Source of the DNA: an uncultured bacterium
GTDB lineage: Bacteria > Bacillota_I > Bacilli_A > RFN20 > CAG-826
Direction: 5' to 3'
Assembly: GCA_949297805.1 (NCBI GenBank)
Contig: CASFTG010000003.1
Location: 3,996 to 67,995 of the forward strand
DNA length: 64,000 nucleotides
The first letter of the stretch is position 1. Every line of letters starts with the position of its first letter. The position numbers and the translations under genes are program-made. Below, one piece after another: positions 46,144-55,567 of the stretch. Under the pieces are notes generated by a model. That model had not been told where the DNA came from, made no database searches, and was given only the letters and a program-made list of their open reading frames with translations.

Positions 46144-47712
46144 TTACTTAACGTCGTAATTGACGGTCCGGGGCCAATTCGCGGTTACGAGGTAATCCCC
46201 AACGTCGAGATAGGTGACGGCGGTGTCGAAGGTGGTGTAGGACAAGGGGTTGGGGTTGCTGACCGCGATCTGGGCTTCGACTTTCTGATCGTTCCCGGTA
46301 TAGACCCCGAAGGCCCCGGGGCCAGCGGTGCTTTCATAGATGACGAGGACCCCGTCGATTCCAAAGCTATAGGACACGATTGAGTTGGCCTTATAACCGG
46401 ATCGGGTCTTGGTTTTGATTTCTCCGTTTATACATTGAATACCATGGAGGAGCCCATCCTCGCCGGTATACATAAGTGAGTTCTCGGTTCTGGATGGATA
46501 GACTTGCTCGGCTTGGTCTTGGTAGATCCGTTGGCCATCGTGGTCATAGACGGTGATCTTCGAGCCGGTGTAGTAATAGAAGCAATCCATCTTCTCGAGG
46601 TAACTGGCTTGGACGGGCAAGACGGCGATGGGATTGAGCTTATCGTCGAAGATGGTTCGGTTCGCTTGGCTGTAGTAATAGCCACCCGCCATTTCGACGA
46701 AGGAAGCGAAGAAGCTGCTCCCGAGCCCCCAGTCGATGATGTTTCCCTCCTTGTCGAGGATGACCGATTCCTCGGGATCGAGGGCCCGATGGTCGTTGAT
46801 CTTCTGAATGTTGGCCAAAGCGAGGTTTGGGTTGCCGTCGGCATCATTCAGCATCATCTGTTGGTTGCCAATCAAGTAGGGTAACTCGATGGTGGCATAA
46901 TCCCCTTCGAGCATATTCAAGGCATAGGACTCAAGGACGTATTTGACCCCGTTTTGGTAATAGGTGTAATCCCCTTCGTCTTCCGGGACGGCGTAGGATC
47001 GTTGGGCGAGGATGACCCCGCCGGCGATGAGGGTCGAGTCAGCGGTTAAGACGAAGGAGGGGAGGCGGAAGGAGGAGACGATGCCCCCGTCCTTATCGGC
47101 GACCATCCATAGCCCTTCGCCGTTGTAGATCCGGTAATCGGGCAAACCGACGATCTCCCCATCGCTGAATCCGCCTTGTGATTCGTCTTCCCTGGCTTCG
47201 CCGGAATAGGTTTTGGCGGGGGTGGAGGAAGTGTAGGTATATTCGACTTCGTTATTGCTCTGATCGAAGATCCGAAGCTGATTGTCTTCGGTTTCGAAGC
47301 TTGGGTTGACTTGTCCTGAATACCGGACCAATTCATTGCCGAAGCCATCATAGATGATGGTGCCGTTCACATCGCTGAGGGTGAGGAGGAAGCCGCAGAG
47401 GGAATGGGGGTAGACGGCATAGGAGTCGGGGTCTTCGTTATCGGCGATTTCTCGCTTGGCCAAAAGGGAGAAGAAACGGTAATTCTCGCCATCTTGATAA
47501 ACCTCAAGACCCGAGGTTTCGTTCAGTTTGACGAAATTGTCAAACCATAAGGGCCGGCTGACTGTGTTGACTTCAGCGGCTTCATAGGTCACTTGGGGCT
47601 CATCAACATTGGCTTTGATGATGGCGGCGAGGTCATCGCTAAAACCTAGGGGGTTGTTGGAGCAGGCGACTAAGGCGAGGAGGGGAAGAGCGAGGAGGAT
47701 CTTTTGCTTCAT
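46144..47712 (-). CDS. Lipoprotein, function unknown
   Basis: Signal peptide plus lipobox LVACS. Total 522 aa, Y/G/D-rich, possibly beta-propeller-like repeats. Confidence 0.7.
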   Translation of the reverse strand: MKQKILLALPLLALVACSNNPLGFSDDLAAIIKANVDEPQVTYEAAEVNTVSRPLWFDNFVKLNETSGLEVYQDGENYRFFSLLAKREIADNEDPDSYAVYPHSLCGFLLTLSDVNGTIIYDGFGNELVRYSGQVNPSFETEDNQLRIFDQSNNEVEYTYTSSTPAKTYSGEAREDESQGGFSDGEIVGLPDYRIYNGEGLWMVADKDGGIVSSFRLPSFVLTADSTLIAGGVILAQRSYAVPEDEGDYTYYQNGVKYVLESYALNMLEGDYATIELPYLIGNQQMMLNDADGNPNLALANIQKINDHRALDPEESVILDKEGNIIDWGLGSSFFASFVEMAGGYYYSQANRTIFDDKLNPIAVLPVQASYLEKMDCFYYYTGSKITVYDHDGQRIYQDQAEQVYPSRTENSLMYTGEDGLLHGIQCINGEIKTKTRSGYKANSIVSYSFGIDGVLVIYESTAGPGAFGVYTGNDQKVEAQIAVSNPNPLSYTTFDTAVTYLDVGDYLVTANWPRTVNYDVK

Positions 47713-47869
47713 AATGGTTGCCTCTATTGGGGGTTAAGCCCGGTTTAAAGATATTATAACCGAAGCAAGGGTTATCCTCTATTGCCGGTTTCGCTTGCAA
47801 TCGGCGGATTATCCCCCATAATGAGCCGCTGCTTTATAAGCAGCCCCTTCTTGGAGTATCATTCGCTAG

Positions 47870-49402
47870 ATGAAGAAACACCTCGCTTTTTTATTCTTGC
47901 CCCTGCTGGTCTTCGGGCTCGCCAGCTGCAATATCTATGACCTGATCGATAAGAGCAAAGGGCCGGGCTATGTCCCGCCGCTGACGAGTGACGGCCATTA
48001 CACCCTTGAGGACCCGACGCCTTTTAGTTATCGCGACCTCCAGCTCTCGGCTGGGATGGACGCCTTGCCCTCAACCGGGGAATACGATGTCTTGGTCTTG
48101 CCGATCGAGTTAAGCGACTTCCCTTTTGAAGATGGGGCCTTGGAGGATCTTGACGTCGTCTTGAATTCCGAGGACGGGACCGATTATTGGGAATCCCTCT
48201 CCAGCTTCTACTACAAATCGAGCTATGGCCAACTGAAGGTCAACTTCGTCATCGCCGATGTCTATGAATCCGGATTGACCGCAGAGCAGGCCTACGCCCG
48301 TTATGGGACTAATACAGTTGAACCCGACAACGGCATCAGCCTCATCGACGCCGCCTTTAAGAACTATAAAAGCAATGGGGGCAAGGCCGCCAAGTTCGAC
48401 TATGACTCCAATGGCTGGGTCGATGGGATCGTCGCCGTCTATTCCTGCCCCGACTCCCAGTCCTACGAATACCCGTTCTACGATGCGACCAACTTCTACT
48501 GGGCCTATACCTATTGGTCCCAGCAGACCCCGAATTACGTGAGCCCGAGCTTCAACCTCTACTTCTGGCTCTCGATCGACTTCATCTATACCGATGAGGG
48601 CCAATTGGATGCCCATACCCTGATCCATGAGTTCGGCCATATGCTGGGGCTAGACGATTACTATCCCTCCTCGACCTCCAAGGCCCCCTATAACGCCTTC
48701 TTCCCGGTCGGCTGGCTCGACATGATGGATGGGAACATCCTCGATCACGACGCCTTCTCGAAACTGGCCCTTGGCTGGATCAAGCCGACGGTCATCACCG
48801 ACTCCTGCACCGTCGAATTGAAGCCCTTGCAGGATGGGGCCAATGCCATCGTCTTGCCAAGCGGCTCCTGGAACGGGACCGCCTTCGACGAGTATCTGAT
48901 CTTTGAGCTTTACACCCCAACCGGGCTTAATGAGCTCGATAGCCGGGCCCAATACCCCGGCCGGCCGATCGGCTTCCAGACCCCGGGGGTCAAGATCCTC
49001 CACGTCGATGCCAGGGTCATGGAGATAACGATCAAGTCCTCTGGCACAGCCTCAGCCGAATACCTGGAGGGGACGACGCTCAACCCCGTCAGCACCGCCC
49101 AGACCTTCCGTTATTACCAAGTCGGGGCCACCAACTCGCAGAAGGTCAATTCCTATGCCAAGGATTCCTATTCCTTGGTCTCGCTCATCGATGCCTCCTC
49201 CCCTTCGGTCAATCCTTTCTACCGGCAGGGCAATGCCGATGATTATTCCCTATTCCGGGCTGGCGATTCCTTCTCCCTCGAGTCCTATTCCGTCTATTTC
49301 CCCGAGGAGACGACCCTCAATAACGGGGAACCTCTGAACTATTCCGTCTCCATCGATTACTGCGATTATCAAAAGGCGACCCTGACCTTCACCAAACAAT
49401 GA
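47870..49402 (+). CDS. HExxH zinc-metallopeptidase lipoprotein, M6 (immune inhibitor A)-like, paralog 1
   Basis: Lipobox LASC. Active-site block HTLIHEFGHMLGLDDYY (HExxHxxGxxDxY, as in the M6/InhA family). Confidence 0.65.
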   Translation: MKKHLAFLFLPLLVFGLASCNIYDLIDKSKGPGYVPPLTSDGHYTLEDPTPFSYRDLQLSAGMDALPSTGEYDVLVLPIELSDFPFEDGALEDLDVVLNSEDGTDYWESLSSFYYKSSYGQLKVNFVIADVYESGLTAEQAYARYGTNTVEPDNGISLIDAAFKNYKSNGGKAAKFDYDSNGWVDGIVAVYSCPDSQSYEYPFYDATNFYWAYTYWSQQTPNYVSPSFNLYFWLSIDFIYTDEGQLDAHTLIHEFGHMLGLDDYYPSSTSKAPYNAFFPVGWLDMMDGNILDHDAFSKLALGWIKPTVITDSCTVELKPLQDGANAIVLPSGSWNGTAFDEYLIFELYTPTGLNELDSRAQYPGRPIGFQTPGVKILHVDARVMEITIKSSGTASAEYLEGTTLNPVSTAQTFRYYQVGATNSQKVNSYAKDSYSLVSLIDASSPSVNPFYRQGNADDYSLFRAGDSFSLESYSVYFPEETTLNNGEPLNYSVSIDYCDYQKATLTFTKQ

Positions 49403-51003
49403 AAAAGAACCTGTTGATATTAGGGCTGGGCTTAGTTTGCCTCGCCGCCTGCGCCCCCCGGGGCCTCCATCGTTCTTCCTCGACTGAGGAGGACGCCCCA
49501 TCCGAGTCCAGTTCCTCGGACTCCTCTTTGGAGGTGATTAATCCCGACGATCCTTCCTCCTCCTCGTCTTCCCTCTCTTCGGCTGGGGTATCGTCTTCTT
49601 CCTCCTCTTCCGGCAGTTCTTCCTCCCTTGATGAATTGGAACCCCAGGAGGTTTTGAAATATGGCTTCCAGGATCTGAACAATAGCCAGTATGCTGACTC
49701 CTTGCCAACGACCGGCCAATACTCGATCTTGGTCCTGCCGATTGAATTCACCGATTATAAGTTCAGCGAATCCGAACTGGCCGACTTCGATTGGACACTC
49801 AATGCCGAGGAGGGAACGGCTTATTGGGAATCGCTGTCGTCTTATTACTACAAGTCATCCTATGGCCAGTTGGACCTTAGCTTCGTGGTGGCCGACGTCT
49901 ATGAATCGGGATATACCGCCAGGGGGGCGTATAACCAATTTGGCGCGAGTGGCCGCGACAACGGCATCACCCTTATCAACGCCGCCTTTAACGAATACTC
50001 GTCCGCCCATGACGTTCAGCAGTTCGATACCGATGATAACGGCTGGATCGATGGGGTCATCGCCGTCTATTCCTGCCCGGACTATTACTCTGGCAACTTA
50101 AGTTACGATCAAACCAGTTTCTACTGGGCTTATACCTATTGGGCCCAGAATGAGCCGAATATCAATTCCCCGACCGTCAACCTCTATTTCTGGCTCTCGA
50201 TCGACTTCATCTATGAAGGCGGGGATGGCGATGCCCATACTTTGATCCACGAGTTCGGCCATATGCTCGGCCTCGATGACCTTTATAGCGATTCGAGCTA
50301 CGGGACGGCTTATGCCGGGGGCCTTGATATGATGGACCTCAACATCCTCGACCATGGGGCTTATGCCAAAATATTGCTTGGGTGGCTAAAACCCTATGTC
50401 GTAACTGAAGAGGCGACGATCGAGATCACTCCATCGACGGCGACGCCCTCGGCCATCATCGTCCCGTCTAGTTCCTGGAACGGCAATGCCTTCAACGAGT
50501 ATTTGGTCATCGAGCTGTATAGTCCAATCGGCTTAAATGAGCATGATAGCCTCAATAGTTATTCTGATCGTCCGCGCGGCTATTCCAAGCCCGGGGTCAA
50601 AATCAGCCATATCGATGCGAGGGTCATGGAAGTGAGCTATAACCAGTGGGGCCAGCTCGAGGATTCGGTCTATTACTATGGCGATAACTTAGACGGGGCC
50701 GATGATTATACCTACTATTCGGTCGGGGCGACTAATTGCCAGAAGGATTACTATCCGGCCAGCACTCGTTATAACTTCAACACCTTGATCGATGCCTCTT
50801 CCCCAAGCGGAACCCCTTTCACCTATGGGACTTATGCCGATAACTCGACCTTGTTCCAAGCCGGCGACTCCTTCGACATCCAAACCTATCGTTCCTATTT
50901 CGCCAATCGGGGCAAGTTCAATAACGGCGATGAGTTCCCTTTTTCCATCGATATCGTCTCGGTCGATTCGGAATCGGCCATCATCGACATCCACGAGGCT
51001 TAA
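49399..51003 (+). CDS. HExxH zinc-metallopeptidase lipoprotein, M6-like, paralog 2 (with poly-Ser linker)
   Basis: Lipobox LAAC, a Ser-rich linker, HTLIHEFGHMLGLDDLY. Its start overlaps the previous stop (ATGA). Collinear similarity to paralog 1 (…YWESLSSYYYKSSYGQL…VADVYESG…AVYSCPD…FYWAYTYW…LYFWLSIDFIY…). Confidence 0.65.
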   Translation: MKKNLLILGLGLVCLAACAPRGLHRSSSTEEDAPSESSSSDSSLEVINPDDPSSSSSSLSSAGVSSSSSSSGSSSSLDELEPQEVLKYGFQDLNNSQYADSLPTTGQYSILVLPIEFTDYKFSESELADFDWTLNAEEGTAYWESLSSYYYKSSYGQLDLSFVVADVYESGYTARGAYNQFGASGRDNGITLINAAFNEYSSAHDVQQFDTDDNGWIDGVIAVYSCPDYYSGNLSYDQTSFYWAYTYWAQNEPNINSPTVNLYFWLSIDFIYEGGDGDAHTLIHEFGHMLGLDDLYSDSSYGTAYAGGLDMMDLNILDHGAYAKILLGWLKPYVVTEEATIEITPSTATPSAIIVPSSSWNGNAFNEYLVIELYSPIGLNEHDSLNSYSDRPRGYSKPGVKISHIDARVMEVSYNQWGQLEDSVYYYGDNLDGADDYTYYSVGATNCQKDYYPASTRYNFNTLIDASSPSGTPFTYGTYADNSTLFQAGDSFDIQTYRSYFANRGKFNNGDEFPFSIDIVSVDSESAIIDIHEA

Positions 51004-51006
51004 TCC

Positions 51007-52542
51007 ATGAAGAAAACATTATTGCTATTGCCAGCTTTATTGCTCGTCGCCTGCAAGGGCGAAGGGAGCAGCAGTTCTCTTTCGACCCCGGAGACGCCGC
51101 CGATTGAATTGGACGGGTATCAGAAAGCCACCTCGATCAACGACAACCTGACCCTATTTGACGTCTTGTCTTCCCAATCGACGCCGAACTTGCCTTCGAT
51201 TGGCGAATATAACGTCTTGGTCTTGCCAATCGAGATTAAGGGTTATCCCTTCTCTGACGAGGACTTGAAGACGATTGAGATCGCCACCACCGGGGAGGCG
51301 GAGGAGACCAATTATTGGGAGACCTTGCCTTCTTACTATGAGAAGTCGAGCTATGGGCGTCTTGCTATTAACTGCGAAATCGCCCCGGTCATCAACATCG
51401 ATAAGACCCCGGCGGAATTATTGAATACGACCGATGACCCGGCGGCTTATTGCTTGACCGAGGCCTTGAATCAATATCAAGGCGACACGAAAAAGTTCGA
51501 CAGCAATAACGATGGGCTTATCGATGCGACCATCATGATCTATTCCTGTCCCGATGCCGGGCATTCGAAAGAGATAGCCGCCCTCGACCCTTACGCCGAT
51601 TACTTCTGGGCCTATACCTATTTCAATGGCGAGGCCTTGGAATACAAAGATCCCGAGGACCCGGTGGGCTTCTATTACTTCTGGTCCTCGATGGAGTTTT
51701 TTGAGGATGCCGGGGCGGGGCAGATCGATTGCCATACCATCATCCATGAGTTCGGCCATATCTTAGGGGCCGATGATTACTATGATGCCGACTTCCAGAC
51801 CAATGGTTACGACAATCCGGCCGGCGGCTCGATCATGATGGATTGCAACGTCGGGGACATGGATATGGCGACCAAACTCCTTTATGGCTGGAGCGAGCCT
51901 TATGTCGTGACTGATGATTCAAAGATCACCATCCAGCCGGCCGAATCGAGCGGGGACTGCATCCTTATCGCCGATTCGTGGAACGGGACCGGCTTCGATG
52001 AGTTCTTATTGCTCGAGCTTTATACCCCGACCGGCCTTAATGAATTGGATTCGAAAGAAGCCTATCCGGATTTAGGGAATACCTTACCGAGCCAAGCCGG
52101 GGTCAAGCTGTGGCACGTCGATAACCGGCTGGTGTATGGGCCGGGCTTCTTGGATGGGATGAACTTCCAAGACGTCGCCTATCTGACCGATGAGCAGACT
52201 TCTTCCGGAGATTATCCGAAGTATTGTCGGGTCGATGGAAAGATGTATACCAGCGGGTTAGCGATCGCCGCCTCGAACTCCGATTACGCCCGTTGCGTGT
52301 CCCTATTGGGCCAAGACGTCTTCTCCCTGCAACTTGTCCAGGCCGGAGGCGAATACACTTTCAATAAGCAATCGGTCTATACCACCGACTCCGACCTTTT
52401 CCATACGGGGGACTCCTTCTTCTTGTCTTCCAGTTCATTCTTCCAAAACGGGAAACTCAACAATGGGGCGGAGCTGCCGGTTTCGATCCATTTCGATTCG
52501 GTTACCGACCAAGGAGCGACCATCAGCATCAGCTATGAGTAG
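51007..52542 (+). CDS. HExxH zinc-metallopeptidase lipoprotein, M6-like, paralog 3 (more divergent)
   Basis: Lipobox LVAC and HTIIHEFGHILGADDYY. The shared blocks are diverged (YWETLPSYYEKSSYGRL, MIYSCPD, FWAYTYF). Confidence 0.65.
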   Translation: MKKTLLLLPALLLVACKGEGSSSSLSTPETPPIELDGYQKATSINDNLTLFDVLSSQSTPNLPSIGEYNVLVLPIEIKGYPFSDEDLKTIEIATTGEAEETNYWETLPSYYEKSSYGRLAINCEIAPVINIDKTPAELLNTTDDPAAYCLTEALNQYQGDTKKFDSNNDGLIDATIMIYSCPDAGHSKEIAALDPYADYFWAYTYFNGEALEYKDPEDPVGFYYFWSSMEFFEDAGAGQIDCHTIIHEFGHILGADDYYDADFQTNGYDNPAGGSIMMDCNVGDMDMATKLLYGWSEPYVVTDDSKITIQPAESSGDCILIADSWNGTGFDEFLLLELYTPTGLNELDSKEAYPDLGNTLPSQAGVKLWHVDNRLVYGPGFLDGMNFQDVAYLTDEQTSSGDYPKYCRVDGKMYTSGLAIAASNSDYARCVSLLGQDVFSLQLVQAGGEYTFNKQSVYTTDSDLFHTGDSFFLSSSSFFQNGKLNNGAELPVSIHFDSVTDQGATISISYE

Positions 52543-53011
52543 ACGTTCGCGCGATTCCTCGATCTTGCTGGAGAACCGGAAGGCCCGGTTCCTCTATTTT
52601 CTTTCTGACTTCCTGACCGCTGGGTTAGTCTTGACCGGGACCGAGATTAAGTCCTTAAGAGCCCGGAATGCCTCTTTAGCCGATTCCTATGTCTATATTA
52701 AAAACGGCGAAGCTTATATCGCCAATATGCATATCGCCCCTTATAAGGATGGGACGGTGTATAACGTCGATCACCTTCGGGACCGGAAGCTCCTGCTCAC
52801 TAAGCAGGAGATAAGGAAACTCGATGCCCATCTAAAAGGCAGCTCGACTACCTGTGTCCCGACCAAGGTGTTTTTGAAAAACGGCTACGCCAAGGTCGAG
52901 ATCGCTCTAGCTAAGGGCAAACAAGCCCATGATAAGCGGGACGCGATCAAGAAACGGGATGATGAACGCTCGATCAAGGCGGCGGAGAAGGAAGGACGGA
53001 AATATGATTGA
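52535..53011 (+). CDS. smpB: SsrA-binding protein
   Basis: …LLENRKARFLYFLSDFLTAGLVLTGTEIKSLR…YIANMHIAPY…KLLLTKQEIRKL… are canonical SmpB motifs. The ATG overlaps the upstream stop. Confidence 0.9.
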   Translation: MSRRSRDSSILLENRKARFLYFLSDFLTAGLVLTGTEIKSLRARNASLADSYVYIKNGEAYIANMHIAPYKDGTVYNVDHLRDRKLLLTKQEIRKLDAHLKGSSTTCVPTKVFLKNGYAKVEIALAKGKQAHDKRDAIKKRDDERSIKAAEKEGRKYD

Positions 53012-54137
53012 TCTGCGTGGTTACGGGAGCGATTCCGGCAATTTCGACAAGGCTTTGCGGAAATCCTCTCTTTTGCCCAAATGCCCGGTTATTTTGGTTT
53101 CCGGCAGTTCTGGCAAATCCTTGACCATCGCTTATTTAAGCGGCATTTTGCAGGCTTTAGGTAAGAAGGTTGGGGCTTATTATAATTGCTTCGATGACAA
53201 TGAGGACGATATCCGGGTCAACGGGGCAAGAGGGGTCATTGACCGCGACTATCTTTCTTTGGCTAAGAAGTATTCGTTATCGAAAGAGCAAGCGAAGTTC
53301 TTATTGGCTTTATCGGCCTATAAAGATTGCGACTATATCCTCGTTGAAGAACCGATCGGCGGGGTCTCCTCCCCCATCTATAGCGAGCTCCTCGAACCGA
53401 TTCTTACTATCCTGACTTCCGTGGGCTTAGACCATGTGGAGGAATTAGGGACTACTGAAAGCAGCATCGCCTTCGACTGCGCTGCCCTTTCAGTTCAAGA
53501 TTCGACTTTGCTTTCCTTTGAACTCAATGAGCTTAATGAGCCACCGGTCAAAGAATATTGCGCGGACAATAAGGTGAAGTGGGTCAAGGCCAATATTCCC
53601 TTTCATCCTCATTATGAAGGGAAGGAACTGGTGTTCGATATCCATGCTTATCCCGGGATTCGAATCAATACCCCGGTGGCGATCGAGATGCTTGACCTCG
53701 CCTTAGCCATCGAGGCGGTAAATCAACTGGGGCTATCCTTGGATGAGGAGACCTTGCAAAAAGGGATCGGTAAGATCTCTTTGCCTAACCACCACGAGGT
53801 GAAGGGTCGTTACCTCTTCGACTGCGCCTCCTCCCCCGAGATGATCGTTGGCTTGAGCAAGAGTTATCCTTCTTTGGCTTTAGGTGAGCCCTTGTCGGTC
53901 GTTTATGCCGCGAAAAAAGGGAGCAACGTCGCCTCGATCCTCCCCTTATTGGATAATGCCTTCGATAAGGTTTATCTGACCGGAATCCCAGGTGATGATT
54001 CCTTCTGGGATGAGGATGATTTCTTCCTCTTCACCGCCGACCATCCGTTTATTGATGATCTTGCCTCGATTGAGGGGAAGGTCTTGTTCCTTGGGGATAT
54101 AAGGTTCCTGACCTATGCCAAAGAACGAGTTGAATGA
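53004..54137 (+). CDS. Mur-ligase-family protein, folylpolyglutamate synthase (FolC)-like, divergent
   Basis: Degenerate P-loop VILVSGSSGKSLT. Collinear FolC-like blocks (…VEEPIGGVSSPIYSELLEPILTILTSVGLDHVEELGTTESSIAFDCAA…). It overlaps the smpB end by 8 nt. Confidence 0.55.
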   Translation: MIDLRGYGSDSGNFDKALRKSSLLPKCPVILVSGSSGKSLTIAYLSGILQALGKKVGAYYNCFDDNEDDIRVNGARGVIDRDYLSLAKKYSLSKEQAKFLLALSAYKDCDYILVEEPIGGVSSPIYSELLEPILTILTSVGLDHVEELGTTESSIAFDCAALSVQDSTLLSFELNELNEPPVKEYCADNKVKWVKANIPFHPHYEGKELVFDIHAYPGIRINTPVAIEMLDLALAIEAVNQLGLSLDEETLQKGIGKISLPNHHEVKGRYLFDCASSPEMIVGLSKSYPSLALGEPLSVVYAAKKGSNVASILPLLDNAFDKVYLTGIPGDDSFWDEDDFFLFTADHPFIDDLASIEGKVLFLGDIRFLTYAKERVE

Positions 54138-54297
54138 ACCCGAGGTCGACGAGAGCCTTTTGACTCCGGAACAGAAAGAGGAACTTAATTCCCGTCCTTC
54201 CCGGAAGGGGTTCTTCATCTTTTGTGGGGTGCTGGTCCTTCTCATCGTCGTGTGCCTTATCGTCATCTTTGCTTTGGGTGGGCCTACAGGGGATTGA
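54115..54297 (+). CDS. Small single-TM protein (60 aa), hypothetical
   Basis: Acidic N-terminus followed by one TM (FFIFCGVLVLLIVVCLIVIFAL). It overlaps the FolC-like 3' end. Confidence 0.35.
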   Translation: MPKNELNEPEVDESLLTPEQKEELNSRPSRKGFFIFCGVLVLLIVVCLIVIFALGGPTGD

Positions 54298-54420
54298 ACA
54301 TAAAACCTCTTTTCGCTTAGGGCCATCCCCATTAGTCGGAAAAGTTTGGACAATGTCCAAGGAAACGGGGTTGAGGAATGGCTATAGGCGAGTAGACTAT
54401 TGCCGGTTGGAGGGCAGGCT

Positions 54421-54549
54421 ATGGACGAAGAAGCTTATTCGAAGAAAATGAGCGTTGAGGACATGGAAGCCTATTTGTCGCTCGCCCTTTGCTCCGCCGA
54501 TAAGGAAATAAACGAAGCCTTGGCGAAAGCCAGCGAAGAGAACAAGTAA
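54421..54549 (+). CDS. Small protein (42 aa), hypothetical. Not in the ORF track because <60 aa
   Basis: ATG 54421 preceded by GGAGGG SD (54409-54414). Translates as MDEEAYSKKMSVEDMEAYLSLALCSADKEINEALAKASEENK. It is immediately followed by a clean terminator. Confidence 0.45.
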   Translation: MDEEAYSKKMSVEDMEAYLSLALCSADKEINEALAKASEENK

Positions 54550-54571
54550 GACGGCCGGTGGGCCGTTTTTT
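54550..54571 (+). terminator. Rho-independent terminator
   Basis: ACGGCC-ggtg-GGCCGT followed by TTTTTT. Confidence 0.7.
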
Positions 54572-54649
54572 ATTGGTAGGTGGGATTCGCTTCAGGCTTT
54601 TTCGACTAATTGGAAGGGGCCTGATCTTGGCGGCTCAATTCCTTACGAT

Positions 54650-54940
54650 ATGGAAAAGGCGACGTCCCAATTCATGGAAGGAAAGGATATTGCGTATTCC
54701 GACGGCGATTGGTATTGGATTTTCTCTGATGTCCGAAACGAAATTGACAACGGGTCTCCGGTAATATATTTCGGTATATGGATATTACGAGGAAGGGAAA
54801 CTGCTGTGCCATTGGGGTTGGGACGACGGTTATTCGCAGGTGCTTGCCGATAAGCGGACTTTCTACAACGAAGGAGGATATTATGTTCTCATCAACGAGA
54901 CGCCCCATAACCACAAGACATATTTCAAATCTTTTACAGG
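54650..54940 (+). pseudogene. Possible frameshifted gene (two adjacent protein-like frames), hypothetical
   Basis: Frame A 54650-54853 (MEKATSQFMEGKDIAYSDGDWYWIFSDVRNEIDNGSPVIYFGIW…) runs into nonsense. The +1 frame continues protein-like (…YGYYEEGKLLCHWGWDDGYSQVLADKRTFYNEGGYYVLINETPHNHKTYFKSF…) to ~54940. The junction lies in an AT-dinucleotide run (atatatttcggtatatgg). Confidence 0.3.
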
Positions 54941-54949
54941 AGTTTTAAA

Positions 54950-55465
54950 ATGCGGATGCGGAATGGTTCTGGATTGCTAATTTCTTTTTCGGTATTAGCT
55001 TTTTCGCTTATCGGTTGCGGCGACAATGGATTCACTCCTCCTGTTCCGCACGAATTCGTCTATTCCCATGCGGAAGGAGCCACAGAAACTGGATGGGAGG
55101 ATTGCCACGTTACTTTCGAGACTGTTTTCCGCTCAGACCCCTTTTATATCTCAGATTTTCTGCGTGATCGGGAGCGCGAATTGAAGTGCGAATGGCTCGG
55201 TCTATCCGAAAACCAAGCGGGGATAATCCGACGCATGCCGGAAGAGGCGGATTTCCAGAAGTGCCTGATCATCACCTTTCACAATCCTGGGCCGGCGCTC
55301 GATGGGCCTTATCTGATGTCGGATGTCCGTGTTAGGACCATGGCCTTTTGGGGGCCGGACGGCAATGAGCTTCTGATCGAACTCGTTGGCAAAAACGGTG
55401 AGGAGGGCATGTTCATCACCGGGTTAATCGAAGGGGTAGAATTGCATTTCGTGACCGTTCAATAG
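54950..55465 (+). CDS. Lipoprotein, function unknown
   Basis: Signal peptide plus lipobox LIGCG. Total 171 aa. Confidence 0.6.
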   Translation: MRMRNGSGLLISFSVLAFSLIGCGDNGFTPPVPHEFVYSHAEGATETGWEDCHVTFETVFRSDPFYISDFLRDRERELKCEWLGLSENQAGIIRRMPEEADFQKCLIITFHNPGPALDGPYLMSDVRVRTMAFWGPDGNELLIELVGKNGEEGMFITGLIEGVELHFVTVQ

Positions 55466-55567
55466 TCTGCGACAGCATCAAAGTCGGATATTTCATCCTT
55501 CTCTCTTGCTTTGAATCTCTTGGTTTCCTTTGCCGCGCCTTGATTTCGGCGGTGGTATAATTGGCCC

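Noticed and set aside
54224-54451. 75-aa ORF overlapping the small-TM gene and the SD of the 42-codon micro-gene
   Set aside because: Different frame, basic low-complexity product. The SD/terminator-bracketed 42-codon ORF in another frame explains the region better.
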